A stretch of DNA of 64,000 bases, taken from Macrostomum lignano (lineage: Eukaryota). Of this stretch, positions 62,703 through 64,000 are shown piece after piece; the first letter of the stretch is position 1; every line of letters begins with the position of its first letter. The notes under the pieces were generated by a model that searched no databases, was not told the DNA's origin, and saw only the letters and a program-made list of their open reading frames with translations. The position numbers and the translations under genes are program-made. The DNA lies in assembly GCA_002269645.1 (NCBI GenBank), contig NIVC01003425.1:62001-126000 (forward strand). The letters run 5' to 3'.

Positions 62703-62864
62703 GTGAAAGATAAGGATCTGTCTTTACACGCCTGGGATTCCCCTATGTGCCCACTTGGGATCCCTTGACTCTTGGGGTTGAAAAATGGTTTTACGCCCGC
62801 ACTGTACTTAGGGGTCCTTACTCATTTGACACCTCCTGTACATTAAGCGGGATTCCTTCAAGTG

Positions 62865-63110
62865 TTAAAACTCCCATTTGACACCTATTCCCTCGGGGCG
62901 GTTTGTGGCCCAGCGGTCCGCCTCTTGGAGTAGAACTCCTGACATGAACTTGCTGCGCTGATTAGCGTACTGATAGCGCAATCGAAATACGTCCATTTTT
63001 CTAGCCCACTTGTGGGTACATTTACGTTGAAAGATGTTGATGCGTTCAATAACGTTGTAATAATAATAAGTCTCCACATCTTAGGGCGGCGAAACCTCCC
63101 TTTTGCTCAT
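62865..63110 (-). CDS. Candidate small element-encoded ORF; reading frame ambiguous
   Basis: Frame 1: ATG 63110 MSKREVSPP*DVETYYYY...KWEF with one internal TAA. Frame 2: ATG 63079 MWRLIIITTLLNASTS..., 64 aa, signal-peptide-like. Confidence 0.3.
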
Positions 63111-63135
63111 CTATTTTAGACAATAATGAGACTCT

Positions 63136-63227
63136 GACCCCGGGAGGTTAATGGCCGAGCGGGTAACCCTGGCGGTATAAAACAGGGTGACCCAGGCTCG
63201 ATTCCTGGCTGGGGGCTGTAGACTTTT
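63136..63227 (+). ncRNA. tRNA-like Pol III unit inside the element (non-canonical cloverleaf)
   Basis: A box TGGCCGAGCGG (63152-62); T-arm ccagg-CTCGATT-cctgg (63192-208); arm accctg/cagggt; closing stem ccccgg/ctgggg; TTTT at 63224-27. Confidence 0.6.
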
Positions 63228-63524
63228 CCGGCCCCTGCGTCCCTATTGGGTTTAATTGTGTTGAAAGTATATCGGGTCATTAGGCCGTGAACCCCCCCTT
63301 TTGGGATTTCCCCGAACCGCTTTTGTTTAATATTTATGCACCTGCGGGTTAGACAATATTTACTCTTTAGTCGGTGCGACATTATTTACGCGTCTGTTGC
63401 ACCTGGGCGTTTGCCTATAATCTGATTATACATGCGTGCCTGTATTATACAACTACACCTTATGCATGCCTTGTAAACCTGCTTTATACATTAATCCGAT
63501 ATGTATCGAAAGTACACTTTGTAA

Positions 63525-64000
63525 ACCTGCTGTGTGTATTTCCACCTATGTAGCGTCTACAGTACCTGCTTTGTCTATTTCTGCCCATACACCTACATTG
63601 TGTGTTTTTGCTGCTCATATGCTCCAATATGTACATTTTAATATGCAATATGCGTCATTATTCACCTACCAATATGTTTTATCTACATTTTTATGTAAAT
63701 ATACTCAATTTCACCTACTATAAGTAGTTTTCACTAGCCTAATATCGTTGACTACATATCGGGAGAGTGGTAGAGTGTACATATCGGTAGAGTGTACACT
63801 CGGGGTGCCTGCGGCTCGGTAGAGTGTACACTCGGGGTGCCTGCGGCATGGGCGTCTGCGGCATGGGCGCCTACGGCTCGGGAGGGTGCGCCTGCGGCTC
63901 GGGAGGGTGTACATATCGGGGTACATATCGGTAGGGTGGGCATACATATCGGTAGGTGCGCCTGCGGCTGGGGAGGGTCGCCGGTGGCTGGGGAGGGTCG
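63525..64000 (-). repeat. Right terminal inverted repeat, truncated by the window end
   Basis: Reverse complement of 55531-55993. Confidence 0.95.

Larger units (their letters stand above)
55440..64000. mobile_element. Compact Polinton/Maverick-related element (pPolB plus PC4-like SSB) bounded by long terminal inverted repeats; right end just outside the window
   Basis: 55531-55993 is the near-perfect reverse complement of 64000-63525. The interior holds the pPolB gene, the PC4-like gene, a small ORF and a tRNA-like unit. Confidence 0.85.

Noticed and set aside
63136-63216. Canonical tRNA gene
   Set aside because: No D-stem, an 11-nt anticodon-position loop, an 8-nt insertion after the acceptor strand and C at T54; kept only as tRNA-like.

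Overview
Eukaryotic (animal) genomic DNA. GC-rich Ala/Gln-rich exons, introns packed with minisatellites and a WSC-domain gene suggest a Macrostomum-like flatworm (inference only). Host genes: a C2H2 zinc-finger gene with a PLDLS motif (minus), a 10-exon nucleoprotein TPR/Megator gene (plus, ~2107 aa), a RING plus TRAF-zinc-finger gene lacking a MATH domain, a secreted WSC plus PAN/apple protein, a kinase fragment and an AT-rich 3-exon orphan gene. 3-12 kb holds decayed piggyBac and hAT transposases whose recognisable motifs carry C>T/G>A changes ending in TpA. The most notable feature is an element of about 8.6 kb, from ~55.44 kb to just past the window end, bounded by long near-identical inverted repeats. 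It encodes a 7-exon protein-primed family-B DNA polymerase (Polinton/Maverick type) divergent from a tandem PC4-like ssDNA-binding protein, plus a tRNA-like Pol III unit and a small ORF. No integrase, packaging ATPase, capsid or maturation protease gene is visible between the repeats. All calls come from manual reading and motif recall; no database search was run.
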